From: Dehalococcoidia bacterium
Lineage (GTDB): Bacteria > Chloroflexota > Dehalococcoidia > Plut-88900
Direction of reading: 5' to 3'
Assembly: GCA_965197585.1 (NCBI GenBank)
Contig: OZ240215.1
Span: 3,296,001-3,360,000 of the forward strand
DNA length: 64,000 bases
Below are positions 49,739 to 60,685 of this stretch, in pieces. The notes under the pieces are model-generated. The model was given only the letters and a program-made list of their open reading frames with translations, was not told the DNA's origin and searched no databases. Position 1 is the stretch's first letter. Every line of letters begins with the position of its first letter. The position numbers were made by a program, and so were the translations under genes.

Positions 49739-50548
49739 ATGCGGACCAAAGAGCTGGGTAATACGGGTGTCGAGATACCGGAGATCGGGCTGGGGACCTC
49801 CCAGTACAACGGAGGCCTCGAGCCCTTGGTCCGCGGTATTGAAGCCGGCGCCAATCTCCTTGACACTGCAGAACGCTACGGCACCGAAGAGGTGGTAGGC
49901 GAAGCAGTCCGCGGTCGCCGCGACTCCGTGTTAGTCGCGACGAAGGTCTCGGGTGCCAACGTCAAGTACGACCAGGTCATTGATGCCGCCAACCAGAGTC
50001 TTGCAAGGCTTGGAGTCGACTGCATCGATCTCTACCAGGTCCACTGGCAGGACCCCAACGTCCCCATCAAGGAGACCATGAGTGCCATGGAAGCGTTGGT
50101 CGACGAAGGGAAGGTGAAGTACATCGGCGTCAGCAACTACACCGCCGACCAGATGAAGGAGGCCCAGGACTGCCTGAAGAGCAATCGCATCGTCTCCAAC
50201 CAGGTCCTATACAACCTCGCCGATCGGGAGATTGAGGACGAGGTGCTGCCCTATTGCCAGGAGAACGGGATCACCGTGCTGGCCTTCAGCCCCTTGGCCC
50301 AGGGTCGGCTCGCGTCCCTGTCCTTTTTCTGGCGCACCAAGGCCATGAACGCCCTCAGGCGGATAGCCGGGGAGTTGGGCAAGACCAGCGCCCAGGTGGC
50401 CCTCAACTGGTGCATCTCCAAGCAGAACGTAGTCCCGATACCCAAGTCCAGTCAGGAAGCCCGCGTCCTCGAGTTCTGCGCTGCCTCCGGCTGGAACCTC
50501 ACCCCCGACCAGATAGCAGAACTGGACCGCCTCTTCGTCCGCTACTAG
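49739..50548 (+). CDS. aldo/keto reductase
   Basis: IGLGT, DTAERYG, IDLYQVHW, IGVSN, PIPKS. Confidence 0.93.
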   Translation: MRTKELGNTGVEIPEIGLGTSQYNGGLEPLVRGIEAGANLLDTAERYGTEEVVGEAVRGRRDSVLVATKVSGANVKYDQVIDAANQSLARLGVDCIDLYQVHWQDPNVPIKETMSAMEALVDEGKVKYIGVSNYTADQMKEAQDCLKSNRIVSNQVLYNLADREIEDEVLPYCQENGITVLAFSPLAQGRLASLSFFWRTKAMNALRRIAGELGKTSAQVALNWCISKQNVVPIPKSSQEARVLEFCAASGWNLTPDQIAELDRLFVRY

Positions 50549-50593
50549 TCCTAAATCGGGACAACAGCTCGATTAGCCGCCGGACTCCTTCCC

Positions 50594-52216
50594 TTACTCT
50601 GACTCACCACCGGGATTTGGCCCCGAAGGGCTCGACCCACCCGGCATCACTGAGCGCAGCCGGGACCCGTACCGCCTGATGAGTATCACGGCTGCGCCCA
50701 TTGCCAGGATAACCGGGCTGAATATCCCCACCCAGATAAGCACAGCCAGTGCCACCTTTCCTACCGCCGACAGTGCCCTGATCGCCGTCTTCGCCGTCTC
50801 CCCCACATCCCATCCACCCACCGCGAACCCCTCGACCTCGGTGACATGAACTGTAAAGGAGTCGGTTGAGCTGATCCGGCCCACGTCGCTCATCGCACTT
50901 ACCGTCACTACGACTTCGTACGGCCTGGGCCTGAAGTCCGAGTACTCGTGGGACACTGCAATGCGGCTTTCCTCATCTTCGATACTGCCCGTTACCGTCG
51001 GAGACCCGTCCCCGAACTCCCACTGGTATTCGAAGTCCCGCAGTTCCGCCGGCCGGGTGAACCGCGCAACGTAGTCGACCTCGTCTCCTTCTTCAACCGT
51101 CTGGCTCTCTCCGGCAAACACGTCGATAGTCGGGACCTCCCGCACCGTCGCCTCCATGGAGGCCGACCCTTCCGCTAACCCCTCCTCACCGGCTCCCGTC
51201 AGGTCAACTCTGACGATGTATGGAGAATCTCGATCATCTTCATACGTGTGTGTTACCGTCGCCGTCAGCCGTGTCCCGTCGGGCCTGAGAGTGCTTCCAG
51301 CCCCTGCAGCCGACGTCCCGTCCCCGAAATCCCACACGAATGAGAACTCTTCTATACCCGGCGGCGCCCTGAAGGATGCGCGGAACCGGCCGTTCTCACC
51401 CACCCTCAGCGATGCGTCTGGCCCCGGGTCAACTTCGATCTGCACCGGAGAGACCTTTAGGTTCACCTCGATAAGCGAGAATGCTGATGTCTGACTCAGG
51501 TAGTTGATCCTTCCCTGCATCCCTTCGATCCGCTCCTCCAGCGCCGAAAGCTCCTTCTCGACAAGCAGAGCATCCTCAATCGTCCCAGATTGCTCCAGGA
51601 ACGATAGGAGCCTGTCCCTCGTTGCCCTGAGGCTCACCAACCTCGATTCAATGTCTACATACTCATCCGTTACGTCCTGGCTCGTAATCTCCCGAGATTC
51701 CACTTCAAGGGCCAGCGCCTCGATCCTGTTGAAAGCGTCCTGCAGCGACCCCGCCGGCACCCGAATGGCGATTGACCCGCTATGCTGAGAAACCCGGTTG
51801 GATCCAACCACCCAGCCACCGAGATCAATGGAGACATCCGTGATCTGCGACAACGCATCCGCCACGTCGTCCACCACCAGTGACATACGTCCTGTGTGGA
51901 CGATGATGCGGTTCTGGGCGAATGAAGTCAGTTGTACTGTAACGTCGGTTTTTTCGGCAGAGGCACTGTCGATGTCCATGGCGTCGTCGAATTCCGCTGC
52001 TGCCCACTGCATAGCCTCCTCATCCATCATCATTAGAGGCATCGCGGTTGGCTCGGCCATAATCGCTACTTGGTTGGACTCTTTGGTCGTGTCAAATGAC
52101 CCCTCAGGGTCCGATAAGGACGCCCCGGAGTCCGATGCCCCGCAAGCTGAGGCAAAAGCCACAACTATCGTTGCTGCTATGACCAATAGCGTCCAGGCCA
52201 ATCGCTTTATCTTCAA
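50594..52216 (-). CDS. DUF4349-like lipoprotein with two PKD domains and C-terminal TM
   Basis: Lipobox-like ASAC; IRVPA, QDVTDEYVD; WDFGDG and WEFGDG. Confidence 0.78.
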   Translation of the reverse strand: MKIKRLAWTLLVIAATIVVAFASACGASDSGASLSDPEGSFDTTKESNQVAIMAEPTAMPLMMMDEEAMQWAAAEFDDAMDIDSASAEKTDVTVQLTSFAQNRIIVHTGRMSLVVDDVADALSQITDVSIDLGGWVVGSNRVSQHSGSIAIRVPAGSLQDAFNRIEALALEVESREITSQDVTDEYVDIESRLVSLRATRDRLLSFLEQSGTIEDALLVEKELSALEERIEGMQGRINYLSQTSAFSLIEVNLKVSPVQIEVDPGPDASLRVGENGRFRASFRAPPGIEEFSFVWDFGDGTSAAGAGSTLRPDGTRLTATVTHTYEDDRDSPYIVRVDLTGAGEEGLAEGSASMEATVREVPTIDVFAGESQTVEEGDEVDYVARFTRPAELRDFEYQWEFGDGSPTVTGSIEDEESRIAVSHEYSDFRPRPYEVVVTVSAMSDVGRISSTDSFTVHVTEVEGFAVGGWDVGETAKTAIRALSAVGKVALAVLIWVGIFSPVILAMGAAVILIRRYGSRLRSVMPGGSSPSGPNPGGESE

Positions 52217-52518
52217 AACTCGCCTCCAGCCATATTCTCCCTGTCCCTAATCATATAACGATAACGTTGCCCAAAATGTTCCATTCCGCCTTACCCTAAG
52301 CCTTTCCTGATACCCTTGAGCATACTTCAGGCTCATCGAAAAGGGACGGCAAAGCAGTGCCACCCATCAATAACGCGCCGTTTATATATGAGGCTCTACT
52401 CCGTTTATGTAAGTGAAAGACTATCGGGGTTGTCGCTCAACAGGCCTCGCCTTCCAGGCATTTGACTCGCTATAATCTCGGGAGCAAGCCTTCTTGTGCC
52501 TGAATCGTATCGCTTTGC

Positions 52519-52547
52519 TTGACATCGAATCTGCAAAATGCTAACTT
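52519..52547 (+). promoter_or_regulatory. sigma70 promoter of T-box leader
   Basis: TTGACA-17-TAACTT with TGn extension. Confidence 0.6.
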
Positions 52548-52569
52548 TCACTGACAAATTTAAAAGTGA

Positions 52570-52810
52570 AAGGCTGAGAAGAGGAGTAGTAGGAATACCG
52601 AAAACCTCTAGAGAGCCGGGGTAAGGTGAAAGCCCGGCGGTCGTAGGTTTCCGAACTCGCCTCAGAGCTGCCAATCCGAAAGCCGTATGTCGGCAAGTAA
52701 TTTTGGCCGGTTGACAACCGTTACAGGTCCTGAGATCTTCTGGCGTGCCGGGAGATGAAGAAGGGTGGTACCGCGGATTCTCCGCCCCTTTAGGGGTGGG
52801 GATTTTTTTT
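52570..52810 (+). promoter_or_regulatory. T-box riboswitch, probable Leu (CUC) specifier
   Basis: AGTA, AGAGA and GGTGAAA stem-I motifs, GAA-CTC at 52653..52658, T-box AAGGGTGGTACCGCG at 52761, terminator hairpin + T-run. Confidence 0.92.
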
Positions 52811-52883
52811 ACCCGACACAGGAAATTGAAGATAGGCGAGTTGCCGGCGGCCCGAACCCAGGGCCCCGAGTTAGTGATCGGAA

Positions 52884-54578
52884 ATGAAACTGAACGGCTC
52901 TCAAATTGTATTGGAATGCCTCAAAGCCGAGGGCGTCGACGTGATGTTCGGCCTTCCCGGAGGGGCAATTTTACCCTTCTACCAAACCCTCCCCGAGTAC
53001 CCCGATATCCGCCACATCCTCGTCCGGCACGAGCAGGGTGCAGCAATGGCCGCGGACGGCTACGCCCGGTCCACAGGCAAGGTGGGCGTTTGCGTGGCCA
53101 CTTCGGGGCCCGGCGCCACTAACCTTGTAACCGGGATCATGACCGCACAGATGGACTCCGCGCCAATAGTCGCAATCACCGGGCAGGTGCCCCGGGCCAT
53201 GATCGGCAAGGACGCCTTCCAGGAATCGGACGTTACGGGCATCACCCTGCCTATAACCAAGCACAACTACCTCGTCATGGACACCAACGCTCTGCCCATG
53301 ACTATCAAGAAAGCCTTCCACCTGGCCCGAACCGGGCGCCCGGGGCCCGTGCTGGTGGACATCCCCAAGGATGTCCAGACCGAAGAAGTGGAGTTCCACG
53401 GCTATCCTGAGACTGCGGTGCTCCCCACATACAATCCCGGCTCGGACCTCAAAGCTGCTGACCTCAAACGTGCCGCGGAGATGATAAAAGCCGCTAAGAA
53501 GCCGATTATCATAGCGGGACGGGGCGTTAACATCTCTGGTGCCCACGCCCAGCTTCTGGAGCTTGCGGAGAAGGCTCAAATTCCTGTCATAACCACCCTC
53601 CTGGGCCTCGGCTCGATACCCGGTAGCCACCTGCTGAACGTGGGTATGCCCGGAATGCACGGTGTTGCCTGGGCCAGCATGGCCATTGACGAGGCAGACC
53701 TGCTCATCGGCATCGGCATGAGGTTCGACGACCGGGTCACTGGAAACGTAAACCTCTTCGCGCCCAGGGCCAAAAAGATACACATCGACATCGATGAGTC
53801 CGAAGTTGCTAAGAACGTAGTCGTGGACCTCGCCCTCGTATCCGACGTGAAGGAAGTCCTCAACGAGCTCAACCCTCTGGTGGAGCGCACTATTCACGCC
53901 GAGTGGGTCGGACAGATCGACGAGTGGCGCCGGACCCACCCATCCTTGACAATAAGGGAAACCAATGATCTTCTACCCCAACACGTCCTGTCTGATCTGA
54001 ACCGGGAGACCGCTGGCGAAGCGGTCATAGTTACGGGTGTGGGGCAGCATCAGATGTGGGCCGCACAGCACTTTGTATCCGACAAACCGGGCAGGTTCAT
54101 CACCTCCGGAGGCGCTGGGACGATGGGATACGAGGTCCCTGCTGCTATGGGCGCCCAGGTGGGCAACCCCGACAGAGTAGTCTGGTCTATCTGCGGCGAT
54201 GGCGGCTTCCAGATGACAATGTCGGAAGTGCTGACCATGGTCCAGAACAAAATTCCCGTCAAGCTGGCCATAATGAACAACGGTTTCCACGGCATGGTGC
54301 GGCAGTGGCAGGAGCTCTTTTACAACAAGAGCTACGTAGCCACCGAGGTCCATGCCCCGGACTTCGTCAAACTTGCAGACGCCTTCGGGTGCATGGGACT
54401 GAGAGTGACCGAGAAGGACCAGGTGGTTCCCGCAATCCGAGAGGCCACTGCCCACAATGGCCCGGTAATCGTCGACTTCGTGGTCCCGGTGGAGGAGAAC
54501 GTATACCCGTTCATACCCCCCGGCGGCTCCGTCGGCTCGATGGTAGAAGACCCGAACGTCAGCCAGGCCATGGGATAG
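52884..54578 (+). CDS. ilvB: acetolactate synthase large subunit
   Basis: RHEQGA, TSGPGATN, GVGQHQMW, GDGGFQM. Confidence 0.97.
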   Translation: MKLNGSQIVLECLKAEGVDVMFGLPGGAILPFYQTLPEYPDIRHILVRHEQGAAMAADGYARSTGKVGVCVATSGPGATNLVTGIMTAQMDSAPIVAITGQVPRAMIGKDAFQESDVTGITLPITKHNYLVMDTNALPMTIKKAFHLARTGRPGPVLVDIPKDVQTEEVEFHGYPETAVLPTYNPGSDLKAADLKRAAEMIKAAKKPIIIAGRGVNISGAHAQLLELAEKAQIPVITTLLGLGSIPGSHLLNVGMPGMHGVAWASMAIDEADLLIGIGMRFDDRVTGNVNLFAPRAKKIHIDIDESEVAKNVVVDLALVSDVKEVLNELNPLVERTIHAEWVGQIDEWRRTHPSLTIRETNDLLPQHVLSDLNRETAGEAVIVTGVGQHQMWAAQHFVSDKPGRFITSGGAGTMGYEVPAAMGAQVGNPDRVVWSICGDGGFQMTMSEVLTMVQNKIPVKLAIMNNGFHGMVRQWQELFYNKSYVATEVHAPDFVKLADAFGCMGLRVTEKDQVVPAIREATAHNGPVIVDFVVPVEENVYPFIPPGGSVGSMVEDPNVSQAMG

Positions 54579-54590
54579 AAACCGCTAGCT

Positions 54591-55136
54591 ATGGCACAAC
54601 CTAGACATATACTAGTGGCGTTGGTGGAAGACAAGCCCGGAGTCCTGAATAGGGTTTCGGGGTTGTTTCGCCGCCGCGGCTTCAACATCGCCAGCCTTGC
54701 CGTAGGCCACAGTGAAACGCCTAAACTGTCCCGCATGACCATCGTGGTTGAGGGTGGGGAGGGTGTCCGCATACAGGCCGCCCGGCAGCTCCGCAAGATA
54801 GTAGGGGTCATGGAAGTAAAGGACATCACCGGGTCTCAGACCGTGGCCCGGGAGCTTGCATTGATCAAGCTGAGGGCATTGGCCAGAGACCGGAACGACA
54901 TAATTAACGTCATTGGCATTTTTCGGGCCGACATCATCGACGTGGACGTCGACACAATGGTCATCCAGGCAACTGGAGACGCCGACAAAATAGAGGCACT
55001 GCATTCCATGCTCTTGCCCTTCGGCGTGCTGGAGATGATGCGGACCGGCGAGGTCGCAATGATTCGTGGGGCAGCCGGGCGGCGGGGAGACGGCGTCGAA
55101 GAGGCCGTCGTTTACGAGGATATAGGAGGAGTATAA
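54591..55136 (+). CDS. ilvN: acetolactate synthase small subunit
   Basis: [22 protein letters not shown]. Confidence 0.96.
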   Translation: MAQPRHILVALVEDKPGVLNRVSGLFRRRGFNIASLAVGHSETPKLSRMTIVVEGGEGVRIQAARQLRKIVGVMEVKDITGSQTVARELALIKLRALARDRNDIINVIGIFRADIIDVDVDTMVIQATGDADKIEALHSMLLPFGVLEMMRTGEVAMIRGAAGRRGDGVEEAVVYEDIGGV

Positions 55137-55140
55137 CGAC

Positions 55141-56148
55141 ATGGCAATCAATGCAAAGGTATATTACGACGTAGACGCCGACATCTCAGCCCTCGAAGGC
55201 AAGACCATCGGCGTGATCGGCTATGGCAGCCAGGGCCACGCCCACTCTCTGAACCTGAAGGACAGTGGCTGCAACGTCATGGTCGGCCTGTACCAGGGTA
55301 GCAAGAGTTGGGAGAAGGCCGAACAGGCCGGTCTCCGGGTCGCCGAGGTGGCCGACGTGGCCAAAGAGGCCGACATTTTGATGATGACTATCCCCGACGA
55401 ACGTCAGGGCGGCGTCTTCACTGACCACATCGCCGAGAGTCTGAAGTCGGGGCAGACCTTGATGTTCGCCCACGGGTTCAACATTCACTACAAGGAGGTA
55501 GTGCCGCCTTCCTACGTGGACGTGAGCATGATCGCCCCCAAGGCCCCCGGCCACCGGCTCCGGGAGCTCTACTCGGAGGGAGTCGGCGTGCCCGCTCTCA
55601 TCGCTATCCATCAGGATGCCAGCGGCAGTGCTAGGGAAGTCGCGCTGGCATACGGCAAGGGCTTGGGTTGCACCAAGGCCGGTGTGCTGGAGACCACCTT
55701 CAAGGAGGAGACTGAGACCGACCTCTTCGGCGAGCAGAGTGTCCTCTGCGGTGGCGTCACTTCACTGATCAAGTCCGCCTTTGATATCCTCGTCGATGCC
55801 GGCTACCAACCCGAGGTCGCCTATTTCGAATGCCTCCACGAGGTCAAGCTCATCGTAGACCTGATCTATCAGGGTGGCCTTGAGTACATGCGCTACTCGG
55901 TTAGCGACACCGCCGAGTACGGGGACTACTCCCGCGGCGGACGGATTATCGACGATCACGTACGTGCATCAATGAAGAAGGTCCTGACCGAGATACAGGA
56001 CGGCACTTTCGCCAGGGAGTGGATTGCCGAAAATCGGGAAGGACGCACGAACTTCGACGCCATGCGTAAGAAGGACAAGACCCACACGGTTGAGGTGGTA
56101 GGCCGAGAGTTGCGGGAGATGATGTCCTTCCTTAACAAGCCGACCTAA
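55141..56148 (+). CDS. ilvC: ketol-acid reductoisomerase
   Basis: [24 protein letters not shown]. Confidence 0.97.
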   Translation: MAINAKVYYDVDADISALEGKTIGVIGYGSQGHAHSLNLKDSGCNVMVGLYQGSKSWEKAEQAGLRVAEVADVAKEADILMMTIPDERQGGVFTDHIAESLKSGQTLMFAHGFNIHYKEVVPPSYVDVSMIAPKAPGHRLRELYSEGVGVPALIAIHQDASGSAREVALAYGKGLGCTKAGVLETTFKEETETDLFGEQSVLCGGVTSLIKSAFDILVDAGYQPEVAYFECLHEVKLIVDLIYQGGLEYMRYSVSDTAEYGDYSRGGRIIDDHVRASMKKVLTEIQDGTFAREWIAENREGRTNFDAMRKKDKTHTVEVVGRELREMMSFLNKPT

Positions 56149-56202
56149 GGTCGGCGCTAGGGGGTTCGTCTTCTACCAGACCGGTACATTGGGAGGTTCG
56201 AG

Positions 56203-57741
56203 ATGGAAAAAGTAATGATATTCGATACCACGCTCAGGGACGGAGAGCAGGCGCCCGGCGCTACCCTGAACGTAGATGAAAAGGTAGAGATAGCCCACCA
56301 GTTGAACAAGCTGGGTGTGGATGTGATAGAGGCGGGGTTTCCCTACAGCTCGCCGGGCGACTTCGAGGCGGTGAGCAGGGTCGCCAGGGAGGTGAAGGGA
56401 CAGATCGTTGCAGGATTGGCCCACGCCCACGCCAAGGCCATCGACACCTGTTACGAGGCCGTTCGCAACGCTGAGAATCCCCGAGTCCACGTATTTCTCT
56501 CCAGCTCCGACGTTCACCTCATGTACCAGCTCAAGAAGAACCATGAAGAGATTCTGGAGTTGGCCACCGAGATGGTGGGCCGGGCCGCAGGCTACCTCAG
56601 CGATGTCGAGTTCTCTCCCATGGATGCCACCCGAACGGATCGAGAATACCTCTACAGGATTCTCGAATCGGTCATCAATGCCGGTGCGACCACCGTTAAC
56701 ATTCCCGACACCGTCGGCTATACCACCCCCGAGGAGTTCTACGAACTCATCTCCGGCGTCTTTAACAACGTCCCCAACATCCATAAGGCGATGGTGAGTG
56801 TCCACTGCCACAATGACCTGGGCTTGGGCGTCGCCAACAGCATAGCCGCGATCCGGGCCGGGGCGAGACAGGTGGAGTGCACCATCAACGGGATCGGTGA
56901 GAGAGCGGGTAACGCCTCCCTCGAAGAGATCGTCATGGCCATCCGTACCCGGAACGACCTGTACGACATCACCACCGGCATCGACTCTACACAGATCTAC
57001 CGGACCAGCCGGTTAGTCAGTGACCTGACGGGACTGCCGGTGCAGCCCAACAAGGCCGTGGTTGGGGCCAACGCATTCAGGCACGAGTCCGGCATACACC
57101 AGGACGGAATCCTGAAGAATCCCATCACTTACGAAATCATGACACCCACATCCGTGGGAGTGCCCCAGACCACCCTCTATTTGGGCAAGCTCAGCGGTAG
57201 ACACGCGCTGAAGAACCGGCTGGAACATCTCGGCTACACTCTGACCGACGATGAGCTCCGCAAGACCTTCCAGGCATTCAAAGACGTCGCCGACAAGAAG
57301 AAAGAGGTCACCGACCGTGACCTTGAGGCCCTGATGGGTGAAGAACGCCGCACCATCAACGAGACCTATCATTTAGAGCACGTCCAGGTAGCTTGTGGTG
57401 ACCACGAAGTACCCACCGCCACCGTGATGCTCAGGGGTCCCGAGGGACACACCTCCACCGATGCAGCCGTCGGCACGGGCCCTGTGGACGCGGTCTACAA
57501 GGCGATTAACCGCATAATAGACGTGCCCAACGAGCTCACTGAGTTCAGCATCAAGTCCGTTACCGAGGGCATAGATGCCCTGGGCGAGGTCACCATCAGG
57601 ATTGAGAGCGAGAACCAGTCCTTCATAGGCAGGGGCGCCCACACGGATATCATCGTGGCCAGCGCCAAGGCCTACATGAACGCTCTCAACCGGATGATCG
57701 CCACTCGGGAGGAGGCTAAGGAAACGGTGGCGGTAGGCTAG
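56203..57741 (+). CDS. leuA: 2-isopropylmalate synthase
   Basis: DTTLRDGEQ, HCHNDLG, GIGERAGNA, HESGIHQDG. Confidence 0.96.
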   Translation: MEKVMIFDTTLRDGEQAPGATLNVDEKVEIAHQLNKLGVDVIEAGFPYSSPGDFEAVSRVAREVKGQIVAGLAHAHAKAIDTCYEAVRNAENPRVHVFLSSSDVHLMYQLKKNHEEILELATEMVGRAAGYLSDVEFSPMDATRTDREYLYRILESVINAGATTVNIPDTVGYTTPEEFYELISGVFNNVPNIHKAMVSVHCHNDLGLGVANSIAAIRAGARQVECTINGIGERAGNASLEEIVMAIRTRNDLYDITTGIDSTQIYRTSRLVSDLTGLPVQPNKAVVGANAFRHESGIHQDGILKNPITYEIMTPTSVGVPQTTLYLGKLSGRHALKNRLEHLGYTLTDDELRKTFQAFKDVADKKKEVTDRDLEALMGEERRTINETYHLEHVQVACGDHEVPTATVMLRGPEGHTSTDAAVGTGPVDAVYKAINRIIDVPNELTEFSIKSVTEGIDALGEVTIRIESENQSFIGRGAHTDIIVASAKAYMNALNRMIATREEAKETVAVG

Positions 57742-57851
57742 GGCTGTTATAGTCCTGAGCGCACTTCCCTGAACTGGGCCCCGAGACACAGTCATCGTCA
57801 GACGACCTGCGCCCGCGGCGCCCATACTTCGATCCTATTGAAGAGACAAGC

Positions 57852-58949
57852 ATGGCTAAAGCAAACATAGCAGTAATACCGGGGGACGGAATCGGGCCCG
57901 AGGTTATGGAGCAGGGTGTCCGCGTCCTCCGTGCCGTCGAATCCCGGTTCGGACACGAGTTCAGCTTGGAATACGGCATTGTTGGTGGCCGCGCCATAGA
58001 CGAATGTGGCACGGCCCTGCCCGCCGAAACATTGAAGACCTGCAAGAAGAGCGACGCAGTCCTGTTCGGAGCCGTTGGAGGTCCGAAGTGGGATGACCCC
58101 AAGGCTGCCGTCCGCCCCGAGCAGGGTCTCTTGGCCCTGCGCAAGAAGCTCAACCTGTTCGCCAACATCCGTCCTGTGAAGGTCTACCCCCAGCTCCGGG
58201 ACTCGACCCCCTTGAAACCCGAACGCCTGGACAGTGTGGACATGGTTGTGATCAGGGAGCTTACGGGTGGCCTCTATTTCGGCAAACCGAAAAGGCAGTG
58301 GACTACCAGCAAGGGCCGAAGGGCCGTGGACTCGATGTCCTACTCCGAACACGAGATCCGGCGCATAGTGCGCGTCGGCTTCGAGATGGCTCGGGGGCGG
58401 CGGCGTAAGAAGCTCACTTCCGTAGACAAGGCCAACGTGCTGGAGTCCTCCCGGCTCTGGCGTCAAATCGTGCTGGAAATGGCACCCTCCTACCCGGACG
58501 TAGAACTAGACCACCTTTTGGTAGACACCTGTGCAATGCACTTAATCCGCCAGCCCTCCCGCTTCGATGTCATAGTCACCGAAAACACCTTTGGAGACAT
58601 ACTTACGGACGAGACTGCCGTCCTATCCGGGTCTATGGGAATGCTCCCTTCGGCGAGCTTGAACATGGAGGAATCGGATAAGGCTGCGGTGGGCGTCTAC
58701 GAACCGTGCCACGGGTCGGCGCCCGACATCGTTGGACAGAACAAGGCCAATCCTTGCGGAATGGTTCTCAGCGTTGCAATGATGCTTAGGCACTCGTTGG
58801 GCCTTGATGAAGAGGCCCAAACTATTGAAAACGCGGTCGAGCGAGTGTTGGAAGAGGGATACCGTACACCTGACATCGCCGAGGATGGAACGGAGACTAC
58901 GGGCACTGTTGAAATGGGAGCTCTCATAGCTGAGAAGGTGGCAGGTTAG
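57852..58949 (+). CDS. leuB: 3-isopropylmalate dehydrogenase
   Basis: PGDGIGPEV, RELTGGLYFG, FGDILTDE, HGSAPDI. Confidence 0.96.
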   Translation: MAKANIAVIPGDGIGPEVMEQGVRVLRAVESRFGHEFSLEYGIVGGRAIDECGTALPAETLKTCKKSDAVLFGAVGGPKWDDPKAAVRPEQGLLALRKKLNLFANIRPVKVYPQLRDSTPLKPERLDSVDMVVIRELTGGLYFGKPKRQWTTSKGRRAVDSMSYSEHEIRRIVRVGFEMARGRRRKKLTSVDKANVLESSRLWRQIVLEMAPSYPDVELDHLLVDTCAMHLIRQPSRFDVIVTENTFGDILTDETAVLSGSMGMLPSASLNMEESDKAAVGVYEPCHGSAPDIVGQNKANPCGMVLSVAMMLRHSLGLDEEAQTIENAVERVLEEGYRTPDIAEDGTETTGTVEMGALIAEKVAG

Positions 58950-58962
58950 GAACGAAGTCTAA

Positions 58963-60567
58963 ATGGCTACCACGGCAAAGCAACTCACGCTCTACGACAC
59001 AACCCTGCGGGACGGCACCCAGATGGAGGGCATCTCCCTATCGGTGGAGGACAAGCTCAAGATTACGCGTATGCTGGACAAGCTGGGCGTGGACTTCATC
59101 GAAGGCGGTTGGCCCGGGTCTAACCCCAAGGACGCCGAATTCTTCGAAAGAGCTCGGGACTTGGACCTCCAGAATGCCACTATCGTCGCTTTCGGGGCAA
59201 CACGCCGGGCCAACATTAGCGTGGACAAGGACCCTCAGATAGAGGCTCTGCTCCAAGCCGAGACCGAGGTGATCACCCTGGTCGGCAAGAGCTCCGCACT
59301 TCACGTCCGCTCCATCCTGGAGACCACTCCTGAAGAGAACCTGGACATGATCGCCGACTCCATCCGCTACCTTCGTGACAAGGGACGGCGCGTCATCTTC
59401 GATGCAGAGCACTTCTTCGACGGCTTCAGTGAAGACCCTGACTATGCCATAGAGACTATAAAGGCCGCCCACGAAGCCGGCGCTGAGTGCGCCGTTCTCT
59501 GTGATACCAACGGGGGCCGGCTTCCATCTGAGATAGGGGACATAATCCATCAGGTTCGGGAGGCCACCGACGCAAAGCTCGGCATCCACGCCCACAACGA
59601 TGCCGAAATGGCCGTCGCCAATAGCATCGCCGCAGTAAACGAAGGTGTAGTCCAGGTGCAGGGCACCATCAACGGCTATGGAGAGCGGTGCGGAAACGCT
59701 AACCTCGTCTCCATCATTGGCAACTTGAAGATCAAGATGGGAATCGACTGCATATCAGATGAGCAGTTGTCCCGCCTGACGGAAGTTTCCCGCTATGCCA
59801 GCGAACTGGTAAACCTTCCCCCCGACCACCATCAGCCCTATGTCGGGATGAGCGCTTTCAGCCACAAGGGCGGAATGCATGTGGCTGCGGTGAACAAGCT
59901 GGAGGAGAGCTATCAACACGTGCCGCCTGATCTGGTCGGTAACAACAAAAGGGTTGTTGTATCGGAGCTCTCAGGGAGAGGCAACATAGCTTATAAGGTG
60001 CAGGAGCTGGGTATCGACGTTGAACTCGGGGCGGAAGGTACCCGAGAAGTGCTGGGCCGGATCAAAGACCTGGAGAGCAAGGGCTTTCAGTACGAAGGCG
60101 CCGAGGCTTCCTTTGAGCTTCTCGTCAGACGGGCTCACAGCAGCTACAAGCCCCCCTTTGAGCTTGTCGACTTCATGGTGCTTGTCGAAAACAGCCGACG
60201 CTCCCCGAGTATGACCCAGGACGCCGAGCCCCACCTGCTCGCTGAAGCAATGGTAAAGGTGAAGGTAGGAGAAGAGACCATCCACACCGCCGCCGAGGGC
60301 AACGGCCCGGTGAACGCGCTCGACCTTGCTCTTAGAAAGGCGTTGCAGCAATTCTACCCGCGGGTCTCGGTAGTCGAGCTATCGGACTACAAGGTGCGGA
60401 TCGTAGATGAAACCTCAGGAAGTTCGAGCAGTATCCGGGTGCTCATCGAGTCAACGGACGGGACGCGACAGTGGCGGACTGTTGGAAGTTCTACCAACGT
60501 CATAGAGGCAAGCTGGTTGGCCATGGCAGACAGCCTGGAATTCTGGCTCATTAAAAACCAGGACTAA
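58963..60567 (+). CDS. cimA: citramalate synthase
   Basis: DTTLRDGTQ, GGWPGSNPKD, DAEHFFDG, HKGGMH. Confidence 0.92.
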   Translation: MATTAKQLTLYDTTLRDGTQMEGISLSVEDKLKITRMLDKLGVDFIEGGWPGSNPKDAEFFERARDLDLQNATIVAFGATRRANISVDKDPQIEALLQAETEVITLVGKSSALHVRSILETTPEENLDMIADSIRYLRDKGRRVIFDAEHFFDGFSEDPDYAIETIKAAHEAGAECAVLCDTNGGRLPSEIGDIIHQVREATDAKLGIHAHNDAEMAVANSIAAVNEGVVQVQGTINGYGERCGNANLVSIIGNLKIKMGIDCISDEQLSRLTEVSRYASELVNLPPDHHQPYVGMSAFSHKGGMHVAAVNKLEESYQHVPPDLVGNNKRVVVSELSGRGNIAYKVQELGIDVELGAEGTREVLGRIKDLESKGFQYEGAEASFELLVRRAHSSYKPPFELVDFMVLVENSRRSPSMTQDAEPHLLAEAMVKVKVGEETIHTAAEGNGPVNALDLALRKALQQFYPRVSVVELSDYKVRIVDETSGSSSSIRVLIESTDGTRQWRTVGSSTNVIEASWLAMADSLEFWLIKNQD

Positions 60568-60579
60568 AGCGCCAACTTG

Positions 60580-60609
60580 GTCATTCCGGCCTCCGAGCCG
60601 GAATCCATC
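60580..60609. repeat. GTCATTCC-type REP palindrome (uninterrupted copy)
   Basis: GTCATTCCGGCCTCCGAGCCGGAATCCATC. Confidence 0.8.
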
Positions 60610-60685
60610 CCCAACTGACCCACGAGCGATCGACTATAGCCCCCAATAGTTTCGCCGGTGGTAATTCCCCCAAGCGATGGGGCGC

